64,000 nucleotides of DNA from an uncultured bacterium (GTDB lineage Bacteria > Actinomycetota > Acidimicrobiia > Spongiisociales > UBA5794): NCBI GenBank assembly GCA_963801165.1, contig CAWDDT010000005.1, positions 224,001 through 288,000 on the forward strand. Direction: 5' to 3'. A program made the translations under genes and the position numbers. The stretch's first letter is position 1. Every line of letters starts with the position of its first letter. This document shows, piece by piece, positions 1-10,080 of this stretch. The notes below the pieces were generated by a model. The model did not search any database. It saw only the letters and a list, made by a program, of their open reading frames with translations, and was not told where the DNA came from.

Positions 1-621
1 GGCCACCTGTTTGGCGAAGCCCATCTCGTGGGTGACGACGACCATCGTCATGCCCTCGTCGGCCAGCCCCCGCATCACGTCGAGAACCTCACCGATCAAC
101 TCGGGGTCGAGGGCGCTGGTGGGCTCGTCGAACAGCATCATGTCCGGGTTCATACACAGGGCCCGGGCTATGGCGACCCGCTGCTGCTGGCCACCGGAGA
201 GACGGGAAGGATGTTCTTCGACCTTGTCGCTCAGACCGACCCGGTCCAACATCGCGTTGGCCACGCGTCGCGCCTCCTCGACGTCCCGGCCGAGCACCCT
301 GCGCTGTGCGATGGTCAGGTTGCGCAGCACGGTCAGGTGCGGGAACAGGTTGAACTGCTGGAACACCATGCCGATGCGAGTGCGCAGACCGTCGACGTCG
401 GCCTCTGGCCCGGTGATGTCCTCGCCCTCTATCAAGATCGAGCCGGACGTCGGTTCCTCCAGCCGGTTCACGCACCTAAGCAGGGTCGACTTGCCGGACC
501 CGGACGGCCCGATCACGCAGACGACCTCACCTGTGCGCACCACCATGTCAATGCCGCGCAGGACCTCGAGAGCGCCAAAGTGCTTGTGTAGATCACGGAT
601 CTCGATCGGGTACGCACTCAT
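1..621 (-). CDS. Polar amino-acid ABC transporter ATP-binding protein (GlnQ family), 3' end outside window
   Basis: Read by eye on the minus strand: [16 protein letters not shown]...GPSGSGKST (Walker A), LSGGQQQR signature, MLFDEPT (Walker B). ATG 619-621 overlaps the permease stop (ATGA). Confidence 0.93.
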   Translation of the reverse strand, partial: MSAYPIEIRDLHKHFGALEVLRGIDMVVRTGEVVCVIGPSGSGKSTLLRCVNRLEEPTSGSILIEGEDITGPEADVDGLRTRIGMVFQQFNLFPHLTVLRNLTIAQRRVLGRDVEEARRVANAMLDRVGLSDKVEEHPSRLSGGQQQRVAIARALCMNPDMMLFDEPTSALDPELIGEVLDVMRGLADEGMTMVVVTHEMGFAKQVA

Positions 622-1424
622 CGCTTCTCCGCCTCCGTCCTTCGTTCCAGCCTCCGCACGAGATAAGTCATCGGGAGCGTGATGACCAGGTAGACGAACG
701 CCACAACTATGAGCGGCGTTGCGTTGGTGTGATCGGCCATGGCGTCTCGAGCGAACTTGGTCAGTTCCTTGGAAACCGGTGTCGTGCCCAGTACGAAAAA
801 CAGCGAGGTGTCCTTGATGAGCAGCACGAGCTCGTTGGTGAGCGGCGGAATGATGATCCGGAATGCCTGAGGCAAGACGATTCGAGCCATGGCCGTTCCC
901 GGCGGCATGCCCAAAGAGCGGGCCGCCTCCATCTGACCGCGTGGAACCGCCTGGATTCCGGCGCGGATCGTCTCTGCCATGTATGCCCCGGCAACGATGC
1001 CCAGCCCGATGCATCCCTTGCCGAGGGTTCCACCCGGGATGCGCCACCCGAATGCCAGAGGCAGCCCGTACCCGACGAGCAAGATCGTGATCAGAGCCGG
1101 CAGGCCGCGAAACAGCTCGATGTATCCCGACGCAAACCATCGATACGGTTTGATCGTTGAGAGCTTCATCAGCGCCAGCATCAGCGCCAGCACCAGCCCC
1201 AGCAGGAATGAGAGTGCGGTGTACACCACTGTGTTTCGGGCCGCGATCGTGAAGACTCGCGGCCACATCTCCCGGATGATGTCCAGCTGAAAGAAGTTGG
1301 CGCCGATCTTGTGCCAGTCGGCGAAGAATACAAGGACCACGAGCAGCAGGACCCCGGATCCGTACACCGCGGCTCTCCCCATCCGCTGTCGTCTCCGCCG
1401 TTTCATCACCGCAGTGCTTATCAA
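618..1424 (-). CDS. Polar amino-acid ABC transporter permease (HisM/GlnP family)
   Basis: [36 protein letters not shown] (EAA loop), LIKDTSL. Exact start uncertain. Confidence 0.93.
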   Translation of the reverse strand: MISTAVMKRRRRQRMGRAAVYGSGVLLLVVLVFFADWHKIGANFFQLDIIREMWPRVFTIAARNTVVYTALSFLLGLVLALMLALMKLSTIKPYRWFASGYIELFRGLPALITILLVGYGLPLAFGWRIPGGTLGKGCIGLGIVAGAYMAETIRAGIQAVPRGQMEAARSLGMPPGTAMARIVLPQAFRIIIPPLTNELVLLIKDTSLFFVLGTTPVSKELTKFARDAMADHTNATPLIVVAFVYLVITLPMTYLVRRLERRTEAEKR

Positions 1425-1445
1425 GCTCCCTCCCCGTCAATAGAA

Positions 1446-1473
1446 GTGGGGCGACTCCTGGGAGTCGCCCCAC
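1446..1473. terminator. Perfect 13-bp stem-loop between binding-protein and permease genes
   Basis: GTGGGGCGACTCC-TG-GGAGTCGCCCCAC. Position is typical of an mRNA-stabilising or attenuating hairpin after an SBP gene. Confidence 0.65.
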
Positions 1474-1512
1474 CGTTTTTTCATCGATTCGTCCGGCTAC
1501 TTCCGAGACGGC

Positions 1513-2364
1513 TCAGAACCACTTGTCGTAGATCTCCTGGTAGGTCCCGTTGTCCTTGAGCTTCGCCAGCTCGTCGTTCACCGTCGCCAGCAAACCCTCG
1601 GAGCCCTCCTCCTTGACCGCAAGCCCGTACTGCTCGTTGGTCGGGTAGGTCTCAACGATGGTGACGTCGTCGTGCGACAGCGCATAGTCAGCGTTGGGCA
1701 CGATGTCCTGGAGCACTCCTTCGATGTCACCGGCAGCCAGTGCCGTGAAGATGTCACCCGGATTCTCGTACGAGATCATGTTCGTATCGCTGGGCGCGTT
1801 GTCAGTGGCGTAGATCTCGCCGGTGGTGCCCGTTTGCACACCGAGACTCTTGCCGCTGAATCCGGCCAGATCGGTTATCCCCGAGCTGTTGGCAACTAGC
1901 AGCGACTGGTCGGCCGTGAAATAGGGGTCCGAGAAATCGATGTTCTCCTCCCGGTCCGCGGTGATCGTGATCGACGCGGCGGCGATGTCGCATTGATCTG
2001 ACTCCATCGCAAGACCGGACGTGATCGGATCGAAACCGGTGTTGTTGACCGTCAGTTGTAGACCCAGGTCGTCGGCGATGGCTCGCATCAGGTCCATGTC
2101 GAACCCGGTGTACTCACCGTTATCCTCGAACTCCATCGGTCGATAGGGAGCGTCGGTGCAGACGGTCAATGTGCCCGGGGCGATCAAGGTGTAGTCGTGG
2201 CTCACCATGGCCGTAGTCGTAGTCTCAGCCATCGCCGTAGTCGTAGTCTCGCTGGCCACGGTCGTCGTGGTCGCGCTGGTACCGCCCGTGTCGTCGCCGC
2301 CGCACGCGGTGGCGATCAGGGCGAACGCAAGTGCGAGAACAATCAAGTGAATGGTTCTTTTCAT
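1513..2364 (-). CDS. Amino-acid ABC transporter substrate-binding lipoprotein (SBP_bac_3)
   Basis: GGAGGA SD, signal peptide with lipobox IATAC, Thr-rich linker, GFDMDL and DFSDPYF motifs. Confidence 0.93.
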   Translation of the reverse strand: MKRTIHLIVLALAFALIATACGGDDTGGTSATTTTVASETTTTAMAETTTTAMVSHDYTLIAPGTLTVCTDAPYRPMEFEDNGEYTGFDMDLMRAIADDLGLQLTVNNTGFDPITSGLAMESDQCDIAAASITITADREENIDFSDPYFTADQSLLVANSSGITDLAGFSGKSLGVQTGTTGEIYATDNAPSDTNMISYENPGDIFTALAAGDIEGVLQDIVPNADYALSHDDVTIVETYPTNEQYGLAVKEEGSEGLLATVNDELAKLKDNGTYQEIYDKWF

Positions 2365-2538
2365 CCCCAATCCTCCTTCGGATCCGGACGGGTCAACCAG
2401 CCCGGTGCCGAAGAGCATAGGCAGAACGCACGGGTCCGCGTACTCGACACGCTCCGAGACCCTCTCTGGCAGCCCGAACTCCGTGGTCGCGAGCGTTGCG
2501 AACTTGCAGTATGTGCCGCCACACCCCAATATGGATTC

Positions 2539-2850
2539 ATGAGTTCGGTCAAGAACGAGATGGTGCGTCTGCATGCCCATATCTGCAAGGGTCTCGCCGA
2601 CCCGAAGCGGCTGATGATCATCGACCTCCTGCGCGACGGTGAGGTCACGGTCACCGATCTCGTTGATGCGCTGGAGATACCGCAGGCGAACGTGTCGCAA
2701 CACCTCGCCGTGCTCCGCGACAAGGGTCTCGTCACCTCGCGCCGCGACGGGCAGTGGGCCTTCTACTCATTGACCTCGCCGAAGACCGTGCAGGCGGTTG
2801 ATCTACTGCGCCAGGTAATGCAAGAGCAATTCGGGGCACTAGCCGAGTAG
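2539..2850 (+). CDS. ArsR/SmtB family transcriptional regulator
   Basis: KGLADPKRLMIIDLL...QANVSQHLAVLRDKGLVTSRRDG..YSL. Confidence 0.9.
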   Translation: MSSVKNEMVRLHAHICKGLADPKRLMIIDLLRDGEVTVTDLVDALEIPQANVSQHLAVLRDKGLVTSRRDGQWAFYSLTSPKTVQAVDLLRQVMQEQFGALAE

Positions 2851-2854
2851 CTGC

Positions 2855-2881
2855 CTGAACCGGGCCCGCGGCCCGGTTCAG
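2855..2881. terminator. Hairpin between convergent genes
   Basis: CTGAACCGGGCC-CGC-GGCCCGGTTCAG, perfect 12-bp stem just after the arsR-like stop. Confidence 0.7.
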
Positions 2882-2921
2882 ATCCGTGGTCCGCTACACA
2901 GTGGACAGAGCGATCCTTCGC

Positions 2922-3695
2922 TCAGCTGATCGGATTGGCCTGCGTATTCTCCACGGCCTCCACTGCCGCCTTCTTCTTGCGACGGGACATGGCCACGCCC
3001 CCACCGAGAAGGGCAGCCGCGATCACCGCGGCGCCACCGATCAGCAGCGCCGAGCTGCCCCCGGCCGTTGAGGACGCTGCTTCCAGCGCACCGCGCTGCT
3101 CATTGAGAGCGAGGTTCCAGGTCAGCGTGTTGCCGTTGACAGAATCGGCGTTGTTCTCCTTGATGGAGCCGGGCAACGTCAGGCTGAATCGCATGTCGAA
3201 CAAATCGGACAGCATCGACGTGTCGAAGCCCGAGGGCAGGTCCCCGCCGCCGGCCTGATCGAGCGTGCTGGTGAGATCCTGGCCCAGCCCGCTCACGTCG
3301 GCGTTGAAACGGAATTCGTCGCCCTCGTGGGTCAGCTTGAAGCTGTTCACCACATCGGCGCCCAAGGGGCTACCGCTATCGCTTCCAGCCTGGCTGAGGC
3401 GTGAGTTGAGCTCGTCGAACGAGCTGAAATTCCCCGAGATACGCGCTCCCTCAAACCCATCCTCGGAGTAATCCTCGACCGTGAATCCCTCCGGCACCTG
3501 GCCGGTCAGTTGGTCGACGATGTTGGTGTCCTCGCCGCCGCTCTGTGCGACCAGGTCTCGCATCTCCTGGTCGAGACCGATAAACACGGCAAATGTGCCC
3601 GATTCGTCGTCCTTGACATCCACGCCCATATCGAAGCGAATAGTGCATGCAGACAGAGCAAGCGCCAGCAGCATGAGCGGCATAAAGCGTTTCAC
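2922..3695 (-). CDS. LppM-like lipoprotein with C-terminal membrane anchor
   Basis: Lipobox LSAC, LTLPGSIKENNAD..GNTLTW motif, C-terminal TM helix followed by RRKKK. Confidence 0.7.
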   Translation of the reverse strand: MKRFMPLMLLALALSACTIRFDMGVDVKDDESGTFAVFIGLDQEMRDLVAQSGGEDTNIVDQLTGQVPEGFTVEDYSEDGFEGARISGNFSSFDELNSRLSQAGSDSGSPLGADVVNSFKLTHEGDEFRFNADVSGLGQDLTSTLDQAGGGDLPSGFDTSMLSDLFDMRFSLTLPGSIKENNADSVNGNTLTWNLALNEQRGALEAASSTAGGSSALLIGGAAVIAAALLGGGVAMSRRKKKAAVEAVENTQANPIS

Positions 3696-3789
3696 TTGGG
3701 TGACTCCTCGTTGGAACTTTCCCCATTATCGACGCCACCGACCGATTCTTGAACCCTCGGCAACGTCCCGGCGAGGATACGCTAGGCCA

Positions 3790-4368
3790 ATGAGCGACGT
3801 GACGGGTGTGATCCTGGCCGGCGGCAGCGCCAGCAGGATGGGACAGGACAAGGCATTTGTTCGCTTTCGCGGCGCCGCCATGGTCACCCACGTGGCCGCG
3901 AGCCTGACTGCGGCGGGTCTCGACGTCATCGTGGTCGGCCGGGGCGAACCGCTGAACGGGCTGGAGACGGTACCCGACGACGGCGTATCCGGTCGCGGCC
4001 CGATGGCGGGCATGGTGACGGGGCTGCGCACCGCGGGCACCGACATCTTTCTCGTCGCCGTCGACCAGCCCTTGCTACGGCCGGAGACGATCACAGCCAT
4101 CCTCCGGCTCCCCGGGGATGCAGTCGTGCCCCGGGCGGACGGTCATCCGCAGGTCACCTGTGCGCTCTATCGGCGAAGCTGTCTGGAGCCTGCCGTGACC
4201 TCTTTGGCGGCGGGCGAGTTGAAGCTGAGACGGATGCTCGACAAGGTGGCGACGAACTACATCGAGCCTGACGTGTGGTCCGGTTGGGGCGAGGATGGCC
4301 GCTCCTGGCTGAGCCTCGACACCCCCGATGCGGTCGCCGCAGCCGAGGTGCACATCGCAACCGAGTGA
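3790..4368 (+). CDS. mobA: Molybdenum cofactor guanylyltransferase
   Basis: ILAGGSASRMGQDKA, GPMAG, VAVDQP. TACGCT -10 element 6 nt before the ATG. Confidence 0.85.
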   Translation: MSDVTGVILAGGSASRMGQDKAFVRFRGAAMVTHVAASLTAAGLDVIVVGRGEPLNGLETVPDDGVSGRGPMAGMVTGLRTAGTDIFLVAVDQPLLRPETITAILRLPGDAVVPRADGHPQVTCALYRRSCLEPAVTSLAAGELKLRRMLDKVATNYIEPDVWSGWGEDGRSWLSLDTPDAVAAAEVHIATE

Positions 4369-4416
4369 ACGCTTTAAGGGGCCAGATTGCGATCGCTCTT
4401 CTACGCTGGGGTCATC

Positions 4417-5271
4417 ATGGACAGCTCCTACCCACAGTCGAACGTCATCTCGGTCGAGACGCAGAACCACATCGCCGTCTTGTGGTTGAACCGTCCCGAG
4501 AAACGAAATGCGATGGCACCGGAGTTCTGGACACGGTTCCCGGAGATAATCGATGCCCTCGGCGCAGACCCTGACGTGCGCGTCATCGTGATCGCGGCCA
4601 GGGGGCCGTCGTTCACCGTCGGCTTGGACCTGGTTGCCTTCGGCCCTGCCGTGATGGCCGGCGACATCGCTGCCATCGACGGATCTCAGTCCGAGTCCGA
4701 CGTGGCAAAGCGGCGCAACACATACCGGCAGATCAGATTGATGCAGAGGACATTCACGGCGATAGCCGCGAACCCGAAACCCGTGATTGCGGCGATCCAC
4801 GGCCATTGTCTCGGCGCCGGGGTCGATCTGGCGACCGCATGCGATATCCGGTTGGCGGCCAACGACGCCGTGTTCTCGGTCAGAGAGACCCGGATCGCCA
4901 TGGTGGCCGACGTCGGCACACTGCAACGGCTCCCCGACATCATCGACCCGGGGAAGGTCGCCGAGTTGGTGTACACGGGCAGGGATTGGGATGCCGCCGA
5001 GGCGCTCCGGATCGGATTCGTGTCCGCAGTCCACGATGACGCCGAGGCCGTCCAGCGGGCGGCGCTGGCGATGGCAGAGACCATTGCGGCCAACTCCCCG
5101 CTTGCCGTTCAGGGGAGCAAGGCGATCCTCAACGGACCACGAGAGCGCAGGATCCAGTCGGAGCTCGACACCGTCGCTCTGTGGAACGCTGCCTTCCTCT
5201 ATTCCGACGATCTCGCGGAAGCCATCCGCGCCTTCGTCGAGAAACGACCTCCGGAGTTCCAGGGACACTAA
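4417..5271 (+). CDS. Crotonase family enoyl-CoA hydratase / dienoyl-CoA isomerase
   Basis: LNRPEKRNAM, FTVGLDL, KPVIAAIHGHCLGAGVDLATACDIR, ADVGTLQRLP. Confidence 0.9.
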   Translation: MDSSYPQSNVISVETQNHIAVLWLNRPEKRNAMAPEFWTRFPEIIDALGADPDVRVIVIAARGPSFTVGLDLVAFGPAVMAGDIAAIDGSQSESDVAKRRNTYRQIRLMQRTFTAIAANPKPVIAAIHGHCLGAGVDLATACDIRLAANDAVFSVRETRIAMVADVGTLQRLPDIIDPGKVAELVYTGRDWDAAEALRIGFVSAVHDDAEAVQRAALAMAETIAANSPLAVQGSKAILNGPRERRIQSELDTVALWNAAFLYSDDLAEAIRAFVEKRPPEFQGH

Positions 5272-5361
5272 CTGCTAATCCCGGGTCCTTTGGTGACGAC
5301 GGGAGTACCGGCATAATCCGTCGTTGCCGGAGCTCGTGGAGTGCGCTTGTCGGAGTACAGG

Positions 5362-6597
5362 ATGTTGAGGGTGGCCGCAGTCAGCGTGGCGGTCGCTTTG
5401 CTTTCGCTACCGGTGGCGGCATCCGCCGAACAGCTCCCCCGGTTCACCGGCGAAGAGTTCAACGACATGTTCACCACAGCCGAGCTCGACAACCTGGCGC
5501 CAATCGGGCCTCCGCCGTCGATCACGGGCAGCGCGTCACTCGACAACCGCATCAGGGCGATCGCCGAAGGGCGTGGGTACATCAGGCGTCCGGTGGCCGA
5601 CGGCCCGCTGACATGGGTGAGCGGGCACCCGATGCAACCGGTCGCCGCCGAGGCGTGGATAGCCCTCCGCGACGCGGCCAAGCAAGCCGGCTACACACTG
5701 CTCCTGCAATCGACATACCGCAGCTACGGCGACCAGAGATACATCTTCCTGCGTCGCCTGCATTCCTACTCCGACTCCGCCATCGATACGCGGCTCCGCA
5801 CCGCCGCCGCCCCCGGCTACTCAAAGCACCACACCGGGTACGCGATGGATATCACCCAATCGGGCTACTCCTTCACGAGCTTTCGGTACACCCCGGCGTA
5901 CAAGTGGATCTCCGCCAACAACTTCGCCAACGCCAAGCGCTTCGGATGGATTCCGAGCTACCCGCCCGACGCACCGTCGCAGGGACCGGAGCCCGAGGCT
6001 TGGGAGTTCACCTACGTGGGTCTCGAGAACATCTACTGCTACGGCTTCACGGCGACGGACGGCAACACGTTCTGTGATGACTGGGGATCCACATTCCACG
6101 CCGACATCGAATGGCTCGTCGACGCCGGGATCACCTCAGGATGCAACGCCGCTGGTGATCGCTTCTGCCCGGACGAGGCCGTCACCCGCGGCCAGTTCGC
6201 GGCTTTCCTGCACCGGGCGGTCGGCGACTCGCTCCCCTCCGTCGGTACGGAGCACGGGTTCTCCGACACGGCCGATTCGGTGTTTGCGGGGGACATCGCC
6301 TGGCTCGCCGCGACGGGAATCACCCATGGATGCGGCCCGGACACGTTCTGCCCCGACGACCCGCTCACCCGGGGCCAGCTCGCGGCCTTTTTTGTCAGAG
6401 CGTTCGGGTACCAGGCCGACAGCGCAAGCGACCTGTTCCGCGACGACGACTACTCGGTGTTTGCCGACCAGATAGATGCCTTCGCCACCGCGGGTATCAC
6501 CCGTGGATGTAACCCTCCCGACAACGACCGATTCTGCCCTGACGACGAGGTGACAAGGGAGCAGATGGCAGCCTTCCTGCACAGGGCGCTCGGGTGA
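5362..6597 (+). CDS. Secreted VanY/M15B D,D-carboxypeptidase-like domain with three SLH repeats
   Basis: Signal peptide, STYRSY, PGYSKHHTGYAMD (SxHxxGxAxD). C-terminal GITxGC...FCP..VTRxQ SLH repeats. Confidence 0.85.
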   Translation: MLRVAAVSVAVALLSLPVAASAEQLPRFTGEEFNDMFTTAELDNLAPIGPPPSITGSASLDNRIRAIAEGRGYIRRPVADGPLTWVSGHPMQPVAAEAWIALRDAAKQAGYTLLLQSTYRSYGDQRYIFLRRLHSYSDSAIDTRLRTAAAPGYSKHHTGYAMDITQSGYSFTSFRYTPAYKWISANNFANAKRFGWIPSYPPDAPSQGPEPEAWEFTYVGLENIYCYGFTATDGNTFCDDWGSTFHADIEWLVDAGITSGCNAAGDRFCPDEAVTRGQFAAFLHRAVGDSLPSVGTEHGFSDTADSVFAGDIAWLAATGITHGCGPDTFCPDDPLTRGQLAAFFVRAFGYQADSASDLFRDDDYSVFADQIDAFATAGITRGCNPPDNDRFCPDDEVTREQMAAFLHRALG

Positions 6598-6821
6598 GGG
6601 CGTGGGTCCCGTCGGGCGCTGCCGTAGGAGCGAAACCGATCCGGCAACGTGCGATCAGGCTTGCCGCACCCACACTGTGGCGAGGTTCACCCACCATGGG
6701 CTATCTACACCCGGCGACCGCGCATTGTGGCTGCACCCCCACTGTATGTCTTGTAGTTTGTGGCGGGTGGTGAGGAACCGCCGTACTCTCTCTTCAGGAG
6801 GGACGCCGGGGGGGACACCAC

Positions 6822-8390
6822 ATGGGCAAGGGTCGCAATACAGGGGCGCGAGTGACCACCGCACGGGCTGGCAGGTTTGAACTCAATAGCGGGACGGCGG
6901 TCGCTGCTGCCGTCGTCTTTGGCGCCCTCGTCCGTCTCGTCGATATCGGCGCTCAGAGCTACTCCATGGACGAGATCTGGGAATTCACGGTAATCCGTCT
7001 CCCCGCTCGTGAGATCGTCAAGGCCGGTGATGGCTTCCCGCCGCTGTTTCACCTGATGATCCACGGCATGTTTGCCGGTGGTCTCGGGGACATCTCGGCC
7101 CGAGTCCTCTCGGCGATCCTGGGGATCGTCACGGTGTGGTTGGCCAGCAGGCTCGGCAGACGAATCGACCCGAAGCTCGGTGCCGCCGCTGCGTTTGCGG
7201 TCGCGGTCGCTCCGCTGCTGGTGCTCTTGTCCAAGGAAGGCAGGGCATATGGACTGTTCATCCTCCTCGCCGGCCTCCTCCTGCTGGCGACGTGGGATGT
7301 CATAGACACCAACACTCCCAGAGCGTGGTCCGGCTTCATCGTCGTCGCCGTTCTCGGCATGTACACCCACTACATGTTCTCGCTGGCTCTGGTGGCGGCC
7401 GAGATCGTGATCATCTACAACATGGGACGCGATCCCGCCCGATGGCGACGCTGGCTTCTCGGGCATTGTGTGCTCGCGGTCCTTCTCATCCCGCTCGTGT
7501 ACGTCGCCATCCCGGACTTCGGGCTCGATGCGTCCAACGACTATTCGCCAACGGTCGGCATCCTCGAGATCGGATATGCCGGTCTGTCGCTGTTCACCGG
7601 AACGACCCTCGGACCGTCAACCCGCGCACTGCACACCGCTGGCAGCATCGCGGCGATTCGCAGCGCCCTTCCCTGGGTAATCATGATCGGCGTGCCCGCG
7701 CTGTACCTCGCGTATCTGGGGTGGCGGGCTCTCTCCACCGACTGGCGGATCCGGCTGGGAGTCCCGTTCGTCGTTCCTGTCGTGTTGCTCAGCACCATCT
7801 CGGCGCTGGTCGGGACCGCTTTTCGAGTCCGCTATCTCTCCTGGCTGGTCATACCCCTTGCCCTATGGCTCGCTGCGGGATGGTTACGTGGCAAGGGGAC
7901 TCTCCGCCACATCGCCGTCGGCTTGCTCGTCCTGTCGAGTGTGATCGCGATGGTCACTCGTGACACGATCGACGACTACCGGGTCGAAGACGCCCGCGGC
8001 GCTGCCCATTACATAGCCGACCACCCCGATCTGCCTGCGGTCGGCATGGCCTGGTACATGACAAGGCCAATCGAGTACTACCTGGGCCTCACGAGCGCCA
8101 CCGCACTGCCCGCGACCGACGGACCAGACCGGTTCCTCTATCACCAGGAGCCGGACGACCGGATCGTTCCGCTTCCGAATCTGGAGGATGAAAGCCACGA
8201 TGTGACCGCCCAGGACGAGGTGCTGGACGCCGCTGTACCGTTAGGTCAGGAATACCTGTTCGTGGTCACCCGGCAATTCCACGCCGACCCCGACGGAACG
8301 TATCTCGATCACCGGGTCGCCGAAGACGGGCTAGTACCGGTTGCGCATTTTGCGGGAATCACCATATATAAGGGAGTGCGAGGTAGTTAG
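6822..8390 (+). CDS. GT-C fold membrane glycosyltransferase (ArnT/PMT-like)
   Basis: Polytopic protein with SMDE in the first loop, FPPLFH, EGRAYGL, YTHY and RY motifs. Confidence 0.8.
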   Translation: MGKGRNTGARVTTARAGRFELNSGTAVAAAVVFGALVRLVDIGAQSYSMDEIWEFTVIRLPAREIVKAGDGFPPLFHLMIHGMFAGGLGDISARVLSAILGIVTVWLASRLGRRIDPKLGAAAAFAVAVAPLLVLLSKEGRAYGLFILLAGLLLLATWDVIDTNTPRAWSGFIVVAVLGMYTHYMFSLALVAAEIVIIYNMGRDPARWRRWLLGHCVLAVLLIPLVYVAIPDFGLDASNDYSPTVGILEIGYAGLSLFTGTTLGPSTRALHTAGSIAAIRSALPWVIMIGVPALYLAYLGWRALSTDWRIRLGVPFVVPVVLLSTISALVGTAFRVRYLSWLVIPLALWLAAGWLRGKGTLRHIAVGLLVLSSVIAMVTRDTIDDYRVEDARGAAHYIADHPDLPAVGMAWYMTRPIEYYLGLTSATALPATDGPDRFLYHQEPDDRIVPLPNLEDESHDVTAQDEVLDAAVPLGQEYLFVVTRQFHADPDGTYLDHRVAEDGLVPVAHFAGITIYKGVRGS

Positions 8391-8425
8391 TGAACACCCA
8401 CACCGAGATTCAGAGAGGTCGCACG

Positions 8426-9007
8426 ATGATCGCAGACGATGCCCGTATCGAGCCAGGAGCCAAGATAGGCGAAGGTACACACATCTGGCATCGCGCACAG
8501 GTGCGGTCGGGTGCCGTGCTCGGCGAGCAATGCGTCATCGGCAGCGGTGCGTTCATCGATACCGGGGTCGTGATTGGTGACAGGTGCAAGATCCAGAACG
8601 CGGCGCAGATCTTCGCCCCGGCACGCCTCGGCGACGGAGTGTTCATCGGTCCGGCCGCCATCCTCACCAACGACAAGTCGCCCCGCGCCGTCAACGAGGC
8701 GGGGGAGCCGAAGTCGGCAACCGATTGGAACGCGGAGGCGGTGATCGTCGAGGAAGGAGCCAGCATCGGTGCAGGCGCTGTTGTCGTCGCCGGAATCACT
8801 ATCGGACGGTGGGCAATGGTCGCCGCCGGAGCGGTGATCACGCGAGACGTTCTCGACCACGAGCTCGTCGGCGGCGTTCCCGCAACCAACATGGGGTGGG
8901 TGGCCCGCAACGGTGACCGGATGGTACGCCACGGAGAGACGTGGCGGTCACCAGACGGTCGCCTGTATGTGACCCAGATCACCGGACTAGTGGAGGTCGA
9001 CGCATGA
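8426..9007 (+). CDS. Hexapeptide sugar N-acetyltransferase (WbpD/WlbB-like)
   Basis: IWH, CKIQN, VFIGP..LTND.SPR, GASIGA, GVPA..GWV. Alternative GTG start at 8390. Confidence 0.88.
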   Translation: MIADDARIEPGAKIGEGTHIWHRAQVRSGAVLGEQCVIGSGAFIDTGVVIGDRCKIQNAAQIFAPARLGDGVFIGPAAILTNDKSPRAVNEAGEPKSATDWNAEAVIVEEGASIGAGAVVVAGITIGRWAMVAAGAVITRDVLDHELVGGVPATNMGWVARNGDRMVRHGETWRSPDGRLYVTQITGLVEVDA

Positions 9008-10080
9008 TTCACCAGGCCTCACCGATCATCGGAGACGAGGAGATCGCAGCGGTGACCGCTGTGATGCGCTCCGGAATGCTCGCTCAAGGGGCGGAAGTAG
9101 CTGCCTTCGAAGATGAGTTTGCCACGGCATTCGACGCCGGTGCCGCCGCCGCCGTCAACAATGGAACCACGGCGCTCGTTGTGGCCCTCCAGGCAGCCGG
9201 GCTCCAGCCGGGCGACGAGGTCATCGTTCCCTCGTTCACGTTCGCCGCCACCGCAAATGCGGTTGCCCTCCTCGGGGCAGTTCCGGTGTTCGCCGACATT
9301 GATCCGGACACGTATTGCATCGACCCCGACGACGTGGCTGCGCTCGTTACCGATCGCACCCGTGCCGTGATCCCCGTCCACCTCTACGGACACATGGCAC
9401 CGATGCAAGCGCTCCGCCCGATAGCAACCGACCACGAGCTCATCCTCATCGAGGACGCCGCTCAGGCGCACGGCGCCCGACGCAACGGCCTCCCGGTGGG
9501 TGCGCTCTCGGATCTCAGCGCCTACAGCTTCTACCCGACGAAGAACATGACAACCGGCGAGGGCGGGATGATCACCGGCCATGAAGCCGCCCTCATCGAA
9601 AGGGTGCGGCTGCTCCGCAACCATGGGATGGCCCAGCGCTATCACCACGACATCATCGGCTCCAACGGCCGGATGACGGACATGGCGGCCGCAATCGGCC
9701 GGGTACAGCTCCGCAAGCTGCCGGGTTGGAACGACCGTCGTCGTGAGATCGCCGCCGTCTATGACCTGCATCTAGCCGGGGTGGTGCAGACGCCGCGGGT
9801 CGCCGACGACACAGTCCACGTCTACCACCAATACACGATACGCAGCGGCAAACGCGACAGCATCGTCGCCGCCTGCGGTGAAGCCGGCGTCGGGTTCGGG
9901 ATCTACTACCCGATCCCCTGCCACCATCAAGAGGCCTTCCGGCAATACGCGTCCAGTCGGGAGCTGGCGGTGACCGACGGGGCGGCCGCCGAGGTCCTGT
10001 CGCTGCCGATGAGACCAGATTTGACGGATACCGAAATCGAGCGCGTTATAGACGCGGTGACCAAAGGGGCGAAATCATGA
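9004..10080 (+). CDS. DegT/DnrJ PLP sugar aminotransferase (WbpE/WlbC-like)
   Basis: IEDAAQAHGA, SFYPTKNMTTGEGG, PVHLYG. Confidence 0.92.
   Translation: MIHQASPIIGDEEIAAVTAVMRSGMLAQGAEVAAFEDEFATAFDAGAAAAVNNGTTALVVALQAAGLQPGDEVIVPSFTFAATANAVALLGAVPVFADIDPDTYCIDPDDVAALVTDRTRAVIPVHLYGHMAPMQALRPIATDHELILIEDAAQAHGARRNGLPVGALSDLSAYSFYPTKNMTTGEGGMITGHEAALIERVRLLRNHGMAQRYHHDIIGSNGRMTDMAAAIGRVQLRKLPGWNDRRREIAAVYDLHLAGVVQTPRVADDTVHVYHQYTIRSGKRDSIVAACGEAGVGFGIYYPIPCHHQEAFRQYASSRELAVTDGAAAEVLSLPMRPDLTDTEIERVIDAVTKGAKS

Noticed and set aside
2205-2285. Short direct repeats GTCGTAGTCTC
   Set aside because: They encode the ETTTT linker of the lipoprotein, an ordinary low-complexity tether.
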